From: Octopus bimaculoides | Lineage: Eukaryota | Direction: 5' to 3' | Assembly (NCBI RefSeq): GCF_001194135.2 | Contig: NC_068987.1 | Coordinates: 81,035,635 to 81,099,634 of the forward strand | Length of the DNA: 64,000 nucleotides | Shown here: positions 14,221 to 26,340 of the stretch, piece by piece | Numbering within the stretch: position 1 is the stretch's first letter | How the letters are laid out: each line of letters starts with the position of its first letter | Made by a program: the position numbers and the translations under genes | The notes under the pieces: generated by a model | What the model saw: the letters and a program-made list of their open reading frames with translations, nothing else | What the model was told of the DNA's origin: nothing | The model's database searches: none

Positions 14221-16739
14221 TTAGGCATTAAACTGCAGTCATGCTGGGGCATTGCCTTACACCCCAACCACACATATTCACATGCACACACGCATGCACG
14301 CACGCGCGCACACACGCAAAGAGTATGGGTTTTTCTACCAAACAAATAATTTCCCTCTATTTCTCCCTCTCCATCTCCTCTAGCTTGCACTACACTCACT
14401 ATATCCAGTGTTCTATACTAATTTATGGTCACAACTAGACTGTCTTTATCTATAGGTCTGTTTAATCATGGTGACCTGAAACCAAACAAGAATGGGTCAG
14501 GCAGTTGCTTCTTTACCTGTGTCAAACATGATTAAAAAAAAACGAAAAAATCATCCAGCAAAATAACTATTTTGTATCACGGAGAAGCGTTTATGTGACC
14601 ATTCAGTTTGCTAGAAACAGTAGTCAAATTCCCATCAAATCATGTCTTAGTGTCTTCAAAAAGAACAAAGAGAAAAGGACACATTCAACAATGTTCTTGA
14701 TATACTAAAATATAGGATGATCATTGCTAAAATATCTTTGGTCATAGATCTGCTTGATCATACTAACCTAAGACTAAACAACACTGTCTTGGCTAATAGT
14801 TAATCCAAAGCAAATAATTAATTGAAATGATAAGGCAAACAAGTAAGAGATTTATAAGGATTTGAACATTAATATATTTATGTAACAGATCACTGTAATC
14901 TATCTTGTTTCAGTCATTGGACTGTAGCCATGCTGGGGCTCTGCCTTAGAGGGGTTCATTCAACAAATGGACCTCAGCACTTATTTTTCAAGCCTGATAC
15001 TTATCATATTAGTCTCTTACACCAAACCACTAAGTTACAGGGACAAAAACAAACCAACACCAGTTGTCAAGTAGTGGTGGAGGAGAAACACAAACACAGA
15101 AGTACACACAGATATATAAATATGATGAGCTTCTTTCAGTTTCTCTCTACCATATCCACTCGCAAAACTGTGGTCGATCCATGGTTATAATAGAAGAAAC
15201 TTGCCAAAGGTGCTATGCAGTGGGACTGAACCTGGAACCAAGTGATTGGGAAGCAAACTTCTTACCACACAGCCACATTTGCACCTATGTCTGAATATTT
15301 CTTTTGTTCAATTGAAATTTTGATAAGTGTCAATGCATGAGACTCTTAGCCTTTGAGTCACTTTATAACTTCTACTGATCAAATAAAAAATATATATTTG
15401 CCACCATGTCATGGTTGTAAACAAGTGTCACCATCATACAAGTGATATTGTTTGTTTCCAATTTTCCATGGTAAACATATCTAGCCAAGGAGAAATATTA
15501 GTTTCAGATTTTGGCATAAGGCCAGCAATTTTGGAGGAGGGGGTAAAGCGATTAGATCAACCCCAGTGTTCAACTGGTACAAATTTTATTGACCCTGAAA
15601 GGATGAAAGACAATGCTGACTTTGGCAGAATTTGAACTCAGAACATAAAGATGGATGAAATGCTGCTAAGAATTTCGCCTGGTATGATGACAATTTTGCC
15701 AGCTTGTCACCTCATTGGTGGTTTATTACTAATGTACATTATGATGTTCTTTCTATCTGAGAAATATTCACTTACTTGGAAATAGGTGAGGGTTGACAAC
15801 AGGAAGAACATCCAGCTGTAGAAAATCTGCCTCAACAAATCCATCTGACTTACACAAGCATGGAAATGTTGACATTAAATGATGATAATAATGATAATGA
15901 TATACTCATATTTTAAGTTCTATTTTCCTGTTTGTATCATCAAACTTATGTCTCTGAATATATATTTACCTATATAAATACGCTCATGGATGCATGTAGA
16001 TATGTAAAGGAAATGCATAAATGCCTCGAAGAAGCCAACTGAAATCAAACCAAAGCAAAAGGTTTAATTACTCTCCTGCATTCATAACACAGAGAATGGA
16101 ATGTTCTGAAATGCTACATCAATAGTAACAGATGTATTTTTCACATTGAATTATAAGTTTAACCATAATATATATAAATAATGAATTAACATTCTGCTTT
16201 GATTTTCCATGACTCAATTCTAAATTTATTGTATATCCACAGTTGAAAATTCAAGAGGGCCTAGTATTATGGTTAAAATGAAGAATGGAAATGGATTGTT
16301 TGCTTAGATCGTTGTCATTATCGTCATCACCATCATTATTACTTAACATCTGTTTTCCATGCTGGTTTGGGTTGGATTGTTTGACAGGAGCTAGCAAGCT
16401 GGCGAGATGCACCAGGCTCCAGTTGTCTGTTCTGGCATGGTTTCTATAGCTGAATGCCCTTCCTAATATAATTAGGTATACAAAAATTGTGTAAAGGTAT
16501 AAATTAGATTAGTGTATTGTATGATAAACTAAATGTTCATACATAGTTGTTTTTATTATAAAATGTACTTCTGATATATATAAAAAAAAAACACAAATAA
16601 AGCAAACATGGAGTAGAGGGAGCATGTCATTGATGAGGTTGTCAATGCAATGAAAGAACTTTGACAAATCTAAATGATCAATTGATTGATTGATTGAATG
16701 TTTAATTAAACAATTGATTAGTTAATCAGCTAAATGTTA

Positions 16740-17101
16740 TGTTATTAGCACTCCGTCGCGGGTTCCAGTTGATCCGATCAACGGAACAGCCTGCTCGTGA
16801 AATTAACGTGCAAGTGGCTGAGCACTCTACAGACACGTGTACCCTTAACGTAGTTCTCGGGGATATTCAGTGTGACAAGGCTGACCCTTTGAATTACAGG
16901 CACAACAGAAACAGGAAGTAAGAGTGAGAGAAAGTTGTGGTGAAAGAGTACAGCAGGGTTCGCCACCATCCCCTGCTGGAGCCTTGTGGAGCTTTAGGTG
17001 TTTTCGCTCAATAAACACTCACAACGCCTGGTCTGGGAATCGAATCCGTGATCCTATGACCGCGAGTCCGCTGCCCTAACCACTGGGCCATTGCACCTCC
17101 A
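16740..17101 (-). mobile_element. Young full-length tRNA-derived SINE, family D, with 13-bp TSD
   Basis: Minus-strand head ggaggtgcaatggcccagtggttagggcagcggactcgcggtc is tRNA-like. Identical flanks cagctaaatgtta at 16727-16739 and 17102-17114. Confidence 0.92.
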
Positions 17102-19741
17102 CAGCTAAATGTTAATGAAGTGATTAAATAGAAGCAAAATAGAACCAGTGTATGTGTTTATTAATGACCCTCCTGCGATACAACAAAACTCAACAATAGC
17201 ACTAAAAAAATCTCATATTTTTTAATCATAGGTCTGCTGTATGTCATTAATGCAACATAAGGCATTTGAATATTCAATTAAGGCATGAAATGAAAACTTT
17301 TGTGCTCTTTTAATTCTATCCATCTGAAAACAGGTATTAGGTTAGTATAAATAAAGTGGAATAACTATAAGCCACAGCAGTAAACATAAATTGGTTGTGG
17401 ATTTATCTTTCTACACAGCACTCGGTCACAAAAGTACATTATAACCTCACCTATAATAAGGTTATTTAATGGAACTCTTTGAGAAAAGCTGTGTTAACAA
17501 CTTAATCGCTGATAAAAGTGCTTATATAAATACCTAACAATATGTGCTGTAGAATGAATTGAGGTAGTGTTTAAACAAATATAGGAGCACTGGTACTATA
17601 CTTTATAACAAAAGAAATTTTAAGGGTATTAAATATTTTCAAATTCAAATGCTTGTACTAGCTATTTGTTTACAAATTTATATATAGATAATATTATTAA
17701 AGTAAATTAGATTATCTTCATTGATTCTAACGTTGGTATAGACAACTTATTGATTTGCATATTTTAGAAGTAGACAATATTAGTGAAACTTTGTGGGCTG
17801 GAAGATTTTTTAAACTACTAAAGGTTTTGGGGAGACATCAGAACCAAAGTTTCCAATTCAGTGGCTGCTTATTGGAGATATATCTAAGACTGATTTAATA
17901 ACATTTTTTTTCTTAAGCTTTATGTCTATAAAGGAAGTGGGTAAAGTTGATTAAGTTAAGCCACTCAAACATTTTTGTAATGACCCTAAAGAAATCAAAG
18001 ACAAAGTTGAATCAAAGGATGCAAAAATATTATAAAGCAGCACCTTCTCTATCATCACAAACTAAAATCTAATTAGACTGAAGTAAAATGTTTAGATAAA
18101 GACAAAACAGCAGAAAAAGGCAAGGAAAGAACCAAAAATTGAAATTGAAATTTGAAAATATTATTAATGAAAAAATGGACAAACAAGCTTCTCCATGATC
18201 AATATGCTGTAAGAGTTGACATTGGGGTGAGTAAGCCAATGTGAAAGCCAACAATGGCTCAAAAGATCTGGATTAAAGGCAGCAAAATGAGTGATTTTAT
18301 TTTAGCTGCACAAGATAAATGTCTAGCTTAAAAAAAGGGAAGAAAAGAAACAAAGATTTAACATCAACTGCACACTGTCCAATCAACACAGAACAACAAA
18401 AGAAACAATTGACCACTTCACTATTAATTGCATAGGATTTTTGCAAAGACAAATAATATTCAGACAGTCACAATAATGCTGGTAGTTATGTTAATGGGGG
18501 CAATATGATGACACTTCAAAGATAAGTGGCATAAGCATGTATGAATGAAGCATGTTAAGTGTCAGCCATAGAGCTACCTCAGTCTCATGCATACTCTTTA
18601 GACAAACAAGGAGATTAAAATAAACCACCAGATATCATAATCAGGAACAGGAATGGAAATATGGTACACAAAAGGAAAGGCAAAAAAAAAGACAAAGAAA
18701 AAAGAAGTAAAGGTTAAAAAAAGTATAAAAGTGAAAAGGTATTGATGTAATAGGCCTTCAAAATGGTAATAAGATATGGGGTATGCAAGTAAAAGTGGAA
18801 TGAATATAATTAATGTAGTGATAAAGAAAGTCAAGGCAAAAAAAAAAATCAATATTTATAGGCTTAAGCATAAGTAAATGGTTTAGAAGCTTGCTTTGCA
18901 ACCATGTATTTCAGGTTCAGTACCACTGCAAAGAATTTTGTGCCAGTGTCTGCTACTAATATAGCTCTGCACAGACCAATGCCATGAGTGAATTTGGTCG
19001 ATGGAAACTGTATGAAAGCCTTACATATGTGTGAGTTAGTCCACCACTCACTCCACCCCACCCCAATACTTAGTTAGTTTACATACCATAACTTAGCAGT
19101 TCAGCAAAAAAAGACTGGTAGAATAAGTAGCAGACTTTTAAAAAAATCTAAGTACTGGGGTGAGGTTTGATTGAATAAAAGCAATCAAGGCAGTGCTCTA
19201 GCATGGCCACAGCCCAATAACTGAAACAAATAAAAGATCAAGGCTCACTCTATACAGTCTGTAACACAATCACAACTCAACTCACAGTTGACGCAACATG
19301 TATTCTACACAATCAGTTTTGCTTCCTAACCACATGGTTCTAGGTTCAGTTCCACTGTGTGGTACCTTGGGCAAATGTTTTCTACTGTGGCTTCAGTCTA
19401 ACCAAAGCTTGGTTTAAATGCTAATGGGTTTAAGTATCTTCTTCTGTAGCTTCAGGATGACTAATGTCTAGTGAGGGAAATTTGGTAGACTGAAATTTTG
19501 ATAACAATAATATTTTCTATTATATTTTGGGGGCAGGGGCTAGTTGATTACATTGACCCCTGAACTGGTATTTATTTTATTGACCTCAGAATGATGAAGT
19601 GAAACTAACCTCAGAAGCATCTGAACTCAGAATGTAAAGAGCTGGAAGAAATGCTGTTCATCATTTCATCAAATTCCACCAGCTCACCACCCTAGAAATG
19701 ATGATAATAATAATAATAATAATAATTATAATAATGATAAT

Positions 19742-20281
19742 GCCCTGATACAGTACCAGGCAGTGGCTCTCATGGCTTCTGATCTTAATTGATTGGAAGT
19801 GTTATCATGTACATTGTTTTGTTTTGGTATAAAAGATGGGCTACAGCAAATATTCTGCTTAATACCACAGATTTGCTTGTCAGTTGTTTGACCTTAACCA
19901 GTTGAGCATGTCCCTTGGTGGTTGACGATATGTGCATCTCTGATCACGAGCAGTAGTAGTGGGGGAGCATCATAGCCATGTGTTGAAAGGGATTCTTTGG
20001 GGTTTGGATAATTAACTCTGGAAACATGGGTGTTTCATTCAACGTCCTTAAATGACCCTTACTCAGGGACCTTTTCACCTGGATGAGCTACTCAACCGGA
20101 AGAAAATTCTAATTAGACTCCACCTGCAAGGTCATGTGCTGCTTATCCTAATATGAGATCACCATATCGCATGCATATGGTTGTAATACATGTACCTGGT
20201 GTACCCTTATCAGATGGGTATATTGGGCTTCGTATATTTTACTCCAGTGTCACTTTGATGGCATGCACTGCTCTCTCTCAC

Positions 20282-20282
<1 letters not shown>
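19742..20282. mobile_element. ~540-bp insertion embedded in (TAA)n
   Basis: Complex-sequence block bounded by (TAA)n at 19704-19741 and 20283-20311; no long ORF. Confidence 0.55.
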
Positions 20283-20314
<32 letters not shown>

Positions 20315-20870
20315 GAGTTAAAATTAAAAGAAAAGGGCCATTGTTATGTAATGAACGATATTTCGACATCTTTTGTCTTCAACTGGTTCAAAAAATAAAT
20401 TTGTCAATCTACTTCATTTTGGTTAATATAGAAAGGCTTGAGGTAACTCCTCCTGAAGATATAGAGTCAAAATTAAAAGAAGAGTGCCATATCTTCAGGA
20501 GGAGTTATCTCAATCCTCTTCTTTTAATAATAATAATAATAATAATAATAATTAATAATAATAATAATAATAATTTATTTGCCACAAGGAGCATGCACAA
20601 GAAGTTATTACAAGGACAAATAACAAAAAAAAAAAAAAAGAATTTNNNNNNNNNNAAAAAAAAAAAAAAAAAAAAAAGAATTTGGACTGAAGTCGTGCAA
20701 AATCGTGAAAAATATACATGATAAACAACAGTAAAAACAAAGAGAATGAAGTGCAATATTCCAATATTTATGGTTTATTATTGATATATATTGAATTACA
20801 TATATATATAGGGGCACCAAAATCTTTCAAGTGCTTAGGGATTCTACGGGTCTCAATCCGGCCCTGCTCG

Positions 20871-20878
20871 TATATAAG
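20871..20878 (+). promoter_or_regulatory. Candidate TATA box of SPO11
   Basis: TATATAAG 48 nt upstream of the ATG at 20919, at the start of a CpG-rich region; motif match only. Confidence 0.35.
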
Positions 20879-20918
20879 CTCAAGGTTTGCGTGCAGACAT
20901 GCAATAGAACAGACGACA

Positions 20919-21085
20919 ATGACTACGGAGGACGTCTGCAACGCTGTGCGTCAACTTAGAAAAGAATTAATTGATGACTGGTACCTTACAAGAGTTAAAT
21001 CTGAGTGCAATGTCGATGTAAATGGTGACCAAGTTGTTCCATTCAATACATTTGCTTTAAAAACTTCTATTCCTCGAATTCCCAG
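20919..21085 (+). CDS. SPO11: SPO11 coding exon 1 (MTTEDVCNAVRQLRKELIDDWYLTRVKSECNVDVNGDQVVPFNTFALKTSIPRIP + AG)
   Basis: ATG at 20919; 167 nt ending CCCAG|gtaatt (phase 2). Joins in frame (AG|G = Arg) to the SPO11-like exon at 41988. The helix DVCNAVRQLRKELI resembles the SPO11 N-terminal helix (human DVLDRHRESLL, recalled). The exon1-exon2 linkage is inferred. Confidence 0.72.
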
Positions 21086-21812
21086 GTAATTTTTCCATAA
21101 GTTCTTTCCAATTAAATATTAATCTCCATGAAAAAAAAAAACGCTTCAGGAATTTTCTATTTTTCATTAACGTTTTGTTATTAAAATAACTAATGTATTC
21201 GTTTAATTTAATCAAATATCTTCCAGGTGCGTTCATTTAAATATGTTTTAGGGCGAAATACGACTTGGAACAGTAATTTTATTTATTCTTCATATTAACT
21301 CTTCGAAACCAAGATGACCGAAGAGTTGTTTCAAGCAGACGACAATTTGGATCTGGAATATCTCTCTTGAACGTGTATACCGACACAAATATGCCTCTCG
21401 ATTTTGTTTCCTCGTTAATTTCAGGAAAATAAATATTTCTTAATGAAATTTTATAAAGTTATCTTTTCAGATGGTGTAGATTACGATTAAATCGGGATTT
21501 AATGTGAAGAAAAGAAACGAAAATGGTGGGCGCGCACACTTTACATACTGATGCATATCACAGAATTTTTTTCAAAATTTCAAGTTCTATTTTATCGATA
21601 GAATGATGTGATGCATGTCAGTATGTATGTGTGCCTTCCATTTTTTTCCTTTTACATTAGATTCCAATATAATCGTAATTTACACTGAGATATGGGGGGT
21701 TTTTTTTTTGTTTTTTTTTAGAAAATTTCATTAAAAAATACCAATTTCTGAAAGTTATGAAGGAAGCAGATTCGATGGGAAGGAGACACTTGTGTAGGTG
21801 TATCCATTAAGC

Positions 21813-22020
21813 CAGTGATTTTCAAACTGTGGTCCGCAAGGACAAGACAGGGGGTCCGTGGACAGCAAATACTTTTTATGGGCAATTTATTTTATATATG
21901 CTTTTTAATCGAAATCTTTTAATTGACAATAAACCGATTTGTTAAATACTGTTAAATAAATAAATGTAAAAATGTTATTTTAAGCAAATATTTATGTATA
22001 AATTTCATAAGCGTTTATAA
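21813..22020. mobile_element. hAT-like non-autonomous element fragment
   Basis: Begins CAGTGATTTTCAAACTGTGGTCCGC...gggggtccgtgg, a Charlie/hAT-like terminus; the other terminus was not found. Confidence 0.5.
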
Positions 22021-22294
22021 AGGGTAAAGCACAAGGCCAGTATATAAAGGGTAAAGCACAAGGCCAGTAATTTCGGGGAATGAATGAATCGAATTTAGTG
22101 TAAGCCTAGATATACAAAAAGACGGAATGATCGTGGATGGAACGTCTTTTCTATAATCCCTGTCCCATGGATAATAACAAATACTGAACGTAATCTCCGA
22201 GGGTTCCTCTGTGTTGTCGATCGATCTATTAGAAATAGCAGCTAAACTGACGCAGAATTCGCTTTTCGTTTGATACCTAAAACTTTCATTTTGG

Positions 22295-22420
22295 TAAATT
22301 TTCAGATTAACACCAGCACGATTTTCACTAGGGTCAGGGTTAGAGGGTTAGGGAATTCCGTTCCTAACCCCTAACCCTAACACCCTAGTGAAAATGGTGC
22401 GGTGTTAATCTGAAAATTTA
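22295..22420. repeat. 126-bp fold-back element with central TTAGGG/CCCTAA-like repeats
   Basis: Arms 22295-22355 and 22361-22420 are near-perfect reverse complements around a 5-nt loop; TA at both ends. Confidence 0.9.
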
Positions 22421-25400
22421 TCTTCATTTTGTTATTTCCCTCTTTGCATTTTTTAAAATGCAAATTACAAGCCTTATCAGAAGTAGTTCCGAATGTGGAA
22501 TACTATAACGAAAATAAGTTTAATCGTGAAAAGTACGACGGAGGTGATGGTGAAGGTGTGCGAAAAATTTTCTCCAAAAATGCGATTCAAAATGTAGAAT
22601 ATTATAACGAAAATGTGAGGAAAAAATTATGGCTGTTGTTTGGAAGAAACGATGACGTGGAAGAAGCGAGTTTTTTTGGAAAAAGATGGATTTTAAAAAG
22701 TCTGCTCTCAAGTGTTTTGAAAAGTGGGATTCTATAAAATGAGAAGAAAAAAATTCATAAAAAAAAATGTCCGATTTATGTGTGACAGCTATTGCGAAAA
22801 TCCGCCCAAATCGCCATATGATTGTCGCTCAACCTGTCAGTCAAATAATAGGCGAGGAACTTGCAGTCATTTGAATGCAAGGCTTATGGTTTTGAGTTCA
22901 AATCTCATTGAGATTTGCCTTTTATCTTTTTTAGACTCGATGAAATAAAGGATGATCCTTGTGAAAGTGAAATAAATTCACCATATGAATTAGGTATAGG
23001 CAACCTTTATCGAGAAGTGGGCCGCATGAGACGAAGCTCATCAAGCGGATCGCACTACTAAAAAAGGTTCAAGGGTTTTCAATGGCATGCATTGCAAAAA
23101 AAAAAAAAAGTCCTGTGTACTGTAGTTTGCACGTAACTGATATAAATATACTACAAAGCCGTAATTTTTTTTGTATGGTTTTACTTTTCTCGAACGGTAT
23201 ATTGGAATTTAAAGTAGGTCGTTTCTAATATAACACAAAAATTCTAAGAAAAAATTAACAAAAATGGAATACTAAATGACACATAGAATTCAAGGTTAGT
23301 TCGCATTATTTTACATGGTGTTTCATGAAAAGAAAGAAAAGAATGAAAGGAAATATGCCATTTGACAGAAGTAAAAGAAAAAATATATATACTGCTTTCT
23401 GATTTAGGCAAAAAGACATATTTTGTGGAGCGTGGTAACTGACAATTATCAATCTCAGTACTTGACTGATATTTTATCTACCCTGAAAGGCAGAGTTGAC
23501 ATCAACAGTGTTTCTACTCAGAATAAATTTCGCAGAATGGAAGTGGTGAATTGGAAGAATTGTTAGAACGTTGAATGGAGATATCTTGCGGTATTTCTCC
23601 ATGGTGATCCTTCGATAATGGTCTATAGAGTCGGTATGAGGAGACGACACTAACCTCTTCATTTATGTCATGAAGGAATTTTGTGTGGATAAATGACGTC
23701 GTGTGCCAATACCGAAAGATTGCTTTCGATCTGAACTCTTAGGTGGTTAGATTTAACCCATCACCCGATTTAACACCACCACCCGGTCCTTGGATATCTC
23801 CAAACATTTCTTCCGACGCTCTGCAACCTCACCGCCTTTTTGTGCCAGAATTAAGATACACGATGCTCGAATGTTTGTGATATACTAAATTTAGGCGCTG
23901 ACCTGGCCTAAAAGCAACGATTATACATTATTAGGCTAAATAAAGAACTTGAAGTTGCTTAAATGAAATAATTTCTCATTACTCTAGGGACAACTAACAC
24001 ACACTAGTTAGATTTCTGAATAAGGAAAAGGTTAAAATATAATTTTGTGGCATTAAATCACCTTTTGAAGTTTACATTTGTTTTTCTTTAGCCACAAGAA
24101 TATTTGTGTTTTCATATATGAAAAAGGAGTATATTAAAAGAAATGCAAAGGCTGTTTGTATTGTGAACCTCAGCACGTCACTTTATTGTTTCTTTTTTTT
24201 TTTTCTCCAGATAACACTATTAGTTCTTACATCTCTTTTAATATTCTTTCTTATGTGACAACCTGCTGAGATTCCTAACACAAACAATCTTTGCATCTTC
24301 TTTTTTTTAGTATACTTTTTCATATATAAAAAAACATGTTGAGGTTCATAACACAAACATTCTTTTTCTTCCCTTTTAATGTACGCTCCTGAACACAGAA
24401 AAAATAAAAATGAAAACCTAGAGAAGTTGTCACGGAAGCTCAAATATTTTTTATCCAAGGAAAATCTAGCTTGAAATGTAAAACATCACATCCACCCCGT
24501 ACATCATTACATAATCCGTTTAAGGTTAACAAGTATAGTGTCGAAAAATTCGCTTCTTTTTTGTACCCCGAAAGCACTATTCGGCATAGTTTGTACAATT
24601 ATATAATGTTGTTGTTAACCGCAGTTTAATCATTCGTATTTTGTGAAAGCAATTACTTGGAGAATTAATTGTATTTCTAGGGAATAAATATTGTAAATGA
24701 TGTTTGCATTCTGTTTCATATATATATACTAATTAGTACTATCTTCCCCATTTCTATTTTTGTGGGATCTTTTCCTCAGAACATGTTTGTTATTCCTTTT
24801 TCAGCAAATATTTTCATTCATCGTTTCTAAGTTTTTTTTTTCCTCCAAATAAATTCGACGTGGTCATCTTTTTATCGTTTATATTTTTGCTTGCGGTTGT
24901 ATTTTAAAGTACATAACCAACTCATCCAGTCGTCTCTAATTGTCTTTTTATTAGAGTGTTTTATTGATTTGTTTTTGTTCATGTTATTTTTCTTTTTTTA
25001 TATATATTTAATTTAAATGTCTGTTGACCACTAGCCAAAAACAAATCGTTGATTTAAGGCCAAAGATGAAACGCCTACGCGGTCGCTAGACGACCTGCTA
25101 AAAATAACAGCCACATCTGAAGTTAACTCTGAGGGCTTTACGCGATCGCTCAATTTGCCAGAAAAAGCAGCCAATGTACTCCACTGTATAACTACACAGT
25201 ATTCATATTATAAAATGACACTGAATAATGTGGTTTTGGCTTCTTTACACAAGGAAAAATGGGCAAGCTGCGTTTGGAATGATTTAGATTATAGGTCTTC
25301 TTATCTCGACTGACTTGGGACTAAATCACAACCAGATCTTTCTCAGACTACATTCGAACAGTTGGGAAGAACATATTAAAGAATATTTTGAATATACAGA

Positions 25401-25704
25401 AACTGAAGAAAGCCATGAATGGAGTGCCTTCGACCATGAATGAGATTGTTCGATGCTAAATGACATAGCTAAACATAATTTCTACCTCTTACACATTTTT
25501 AGCAGGAATATACAGCAAAGAAACGCATGCTCAAAAACACTTTGAAACTTGGAACACTGGTAGAATGTGTCATAAAAATATTTTTCTGTTCTATAACACA
25601 AAATAGATAAGTATACGAAGTTTGAAAGTCTTTCGGTACCAAAAACACTACGTAAAACATTAATGAAAAATGTGGCCCCCGTTTTAAAAAAGATCCAAAA
25701 ATTT

Positions 25705-25950
25705 TGAAAAAAAGTAAAAAAAATATGACGGAAATGGGGGTAGGGGTGGTAATTTTAAAATGCCGATTTTTGCCAATTTTTTTTTTGCAGATTCGTATTC
25801 TCCGTAGTCGAAAAATAGGTAGGTACTACTAAAGCAGCACGGTCCCGAACGCGCAGTCGCGCGTCCGCGCTAACTAGTTGTGAGTGGTCGATCCTAACCC
25901 TAACCCTAACCCTACCCCCATTTCCGTCATATTTTTTTTACTTTTTTTCA
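25705..25950. repeat. Element with perfect 41-bp inverted repeat enclosing a CpG-rich core and (TAACCC)3
   Basis: tgaaaaaaagtaaaaaaaatatgacggaaatgggggtaggg (25705-25745) is the exact reverse complement of 25910-25950; cctaaccctaaccctaaccc at ~25893-25912. Confidence 0.88.
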
Positions 25951-26159
25951 GTATTTTTTTTTCAAGATATGCTTAAGTAGTACCAAATAGGTGTTTGTGT
26001 CAAAGAAAAAGAAAAAAAAATTTTAAGTGGGGGTTGGGAGGGAGAGACGGGCGGAAGTCTTGCCGGGACCTATCTGTGGTTGCTCGCTGACCTCCTGGAA
26101 ATAGCATTCAAATGATCAAATCACAGGATCGTTGCAACTAGGTTGTAGGTAGTTCGTTG

Positions 26160-26340
26160 GGTGACCGGTAATAAAATCAGAGGCAAAAAAGTCACAGTAA
26201 AGTCACAATTTTGGCTAGGACAAAAATTCACAATTAATTTATGGTGGCCGGTAATAAAGTCACGGGAAAAAAGTCACAATTAATTTTATGGGATTCGGAT
26301 AAAACCCCACCGGATAAAACTCCTGTGACTTTTTTTTTAC
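26160..26340. repeat. Array of short aaagtcac(a)/ggataaaa motifs, possibly a MULE-like subterminal repeat region
   Basis: At least 5 copies of aaa(g/t)tcac, two ccggtaataaa units, and an inverted tgtgactttt at ~26323. Confidence 0.45.

Noticed and set aside
16740-17101. tRNA gene
   Set aside because: The tRNA-like part is a SINE head with body and TSD; no complete cloverleaf. No tRNA, rRNA or CRISPR array was found in the window.
20625-20682. Long poly(A) as a retrocopy tail
   Set aside because: The same A-run plus gaattt appears on both sides of a 10-N gap, typical of overlapping contig ends.
23474-23662. Minus-strand 62-aa ORF as a nested gene exon
   Set aside because: Overlaps a decayed family B SINE (ccctgaaagg...gttgac...actcagaa); no protein similarity recognised.
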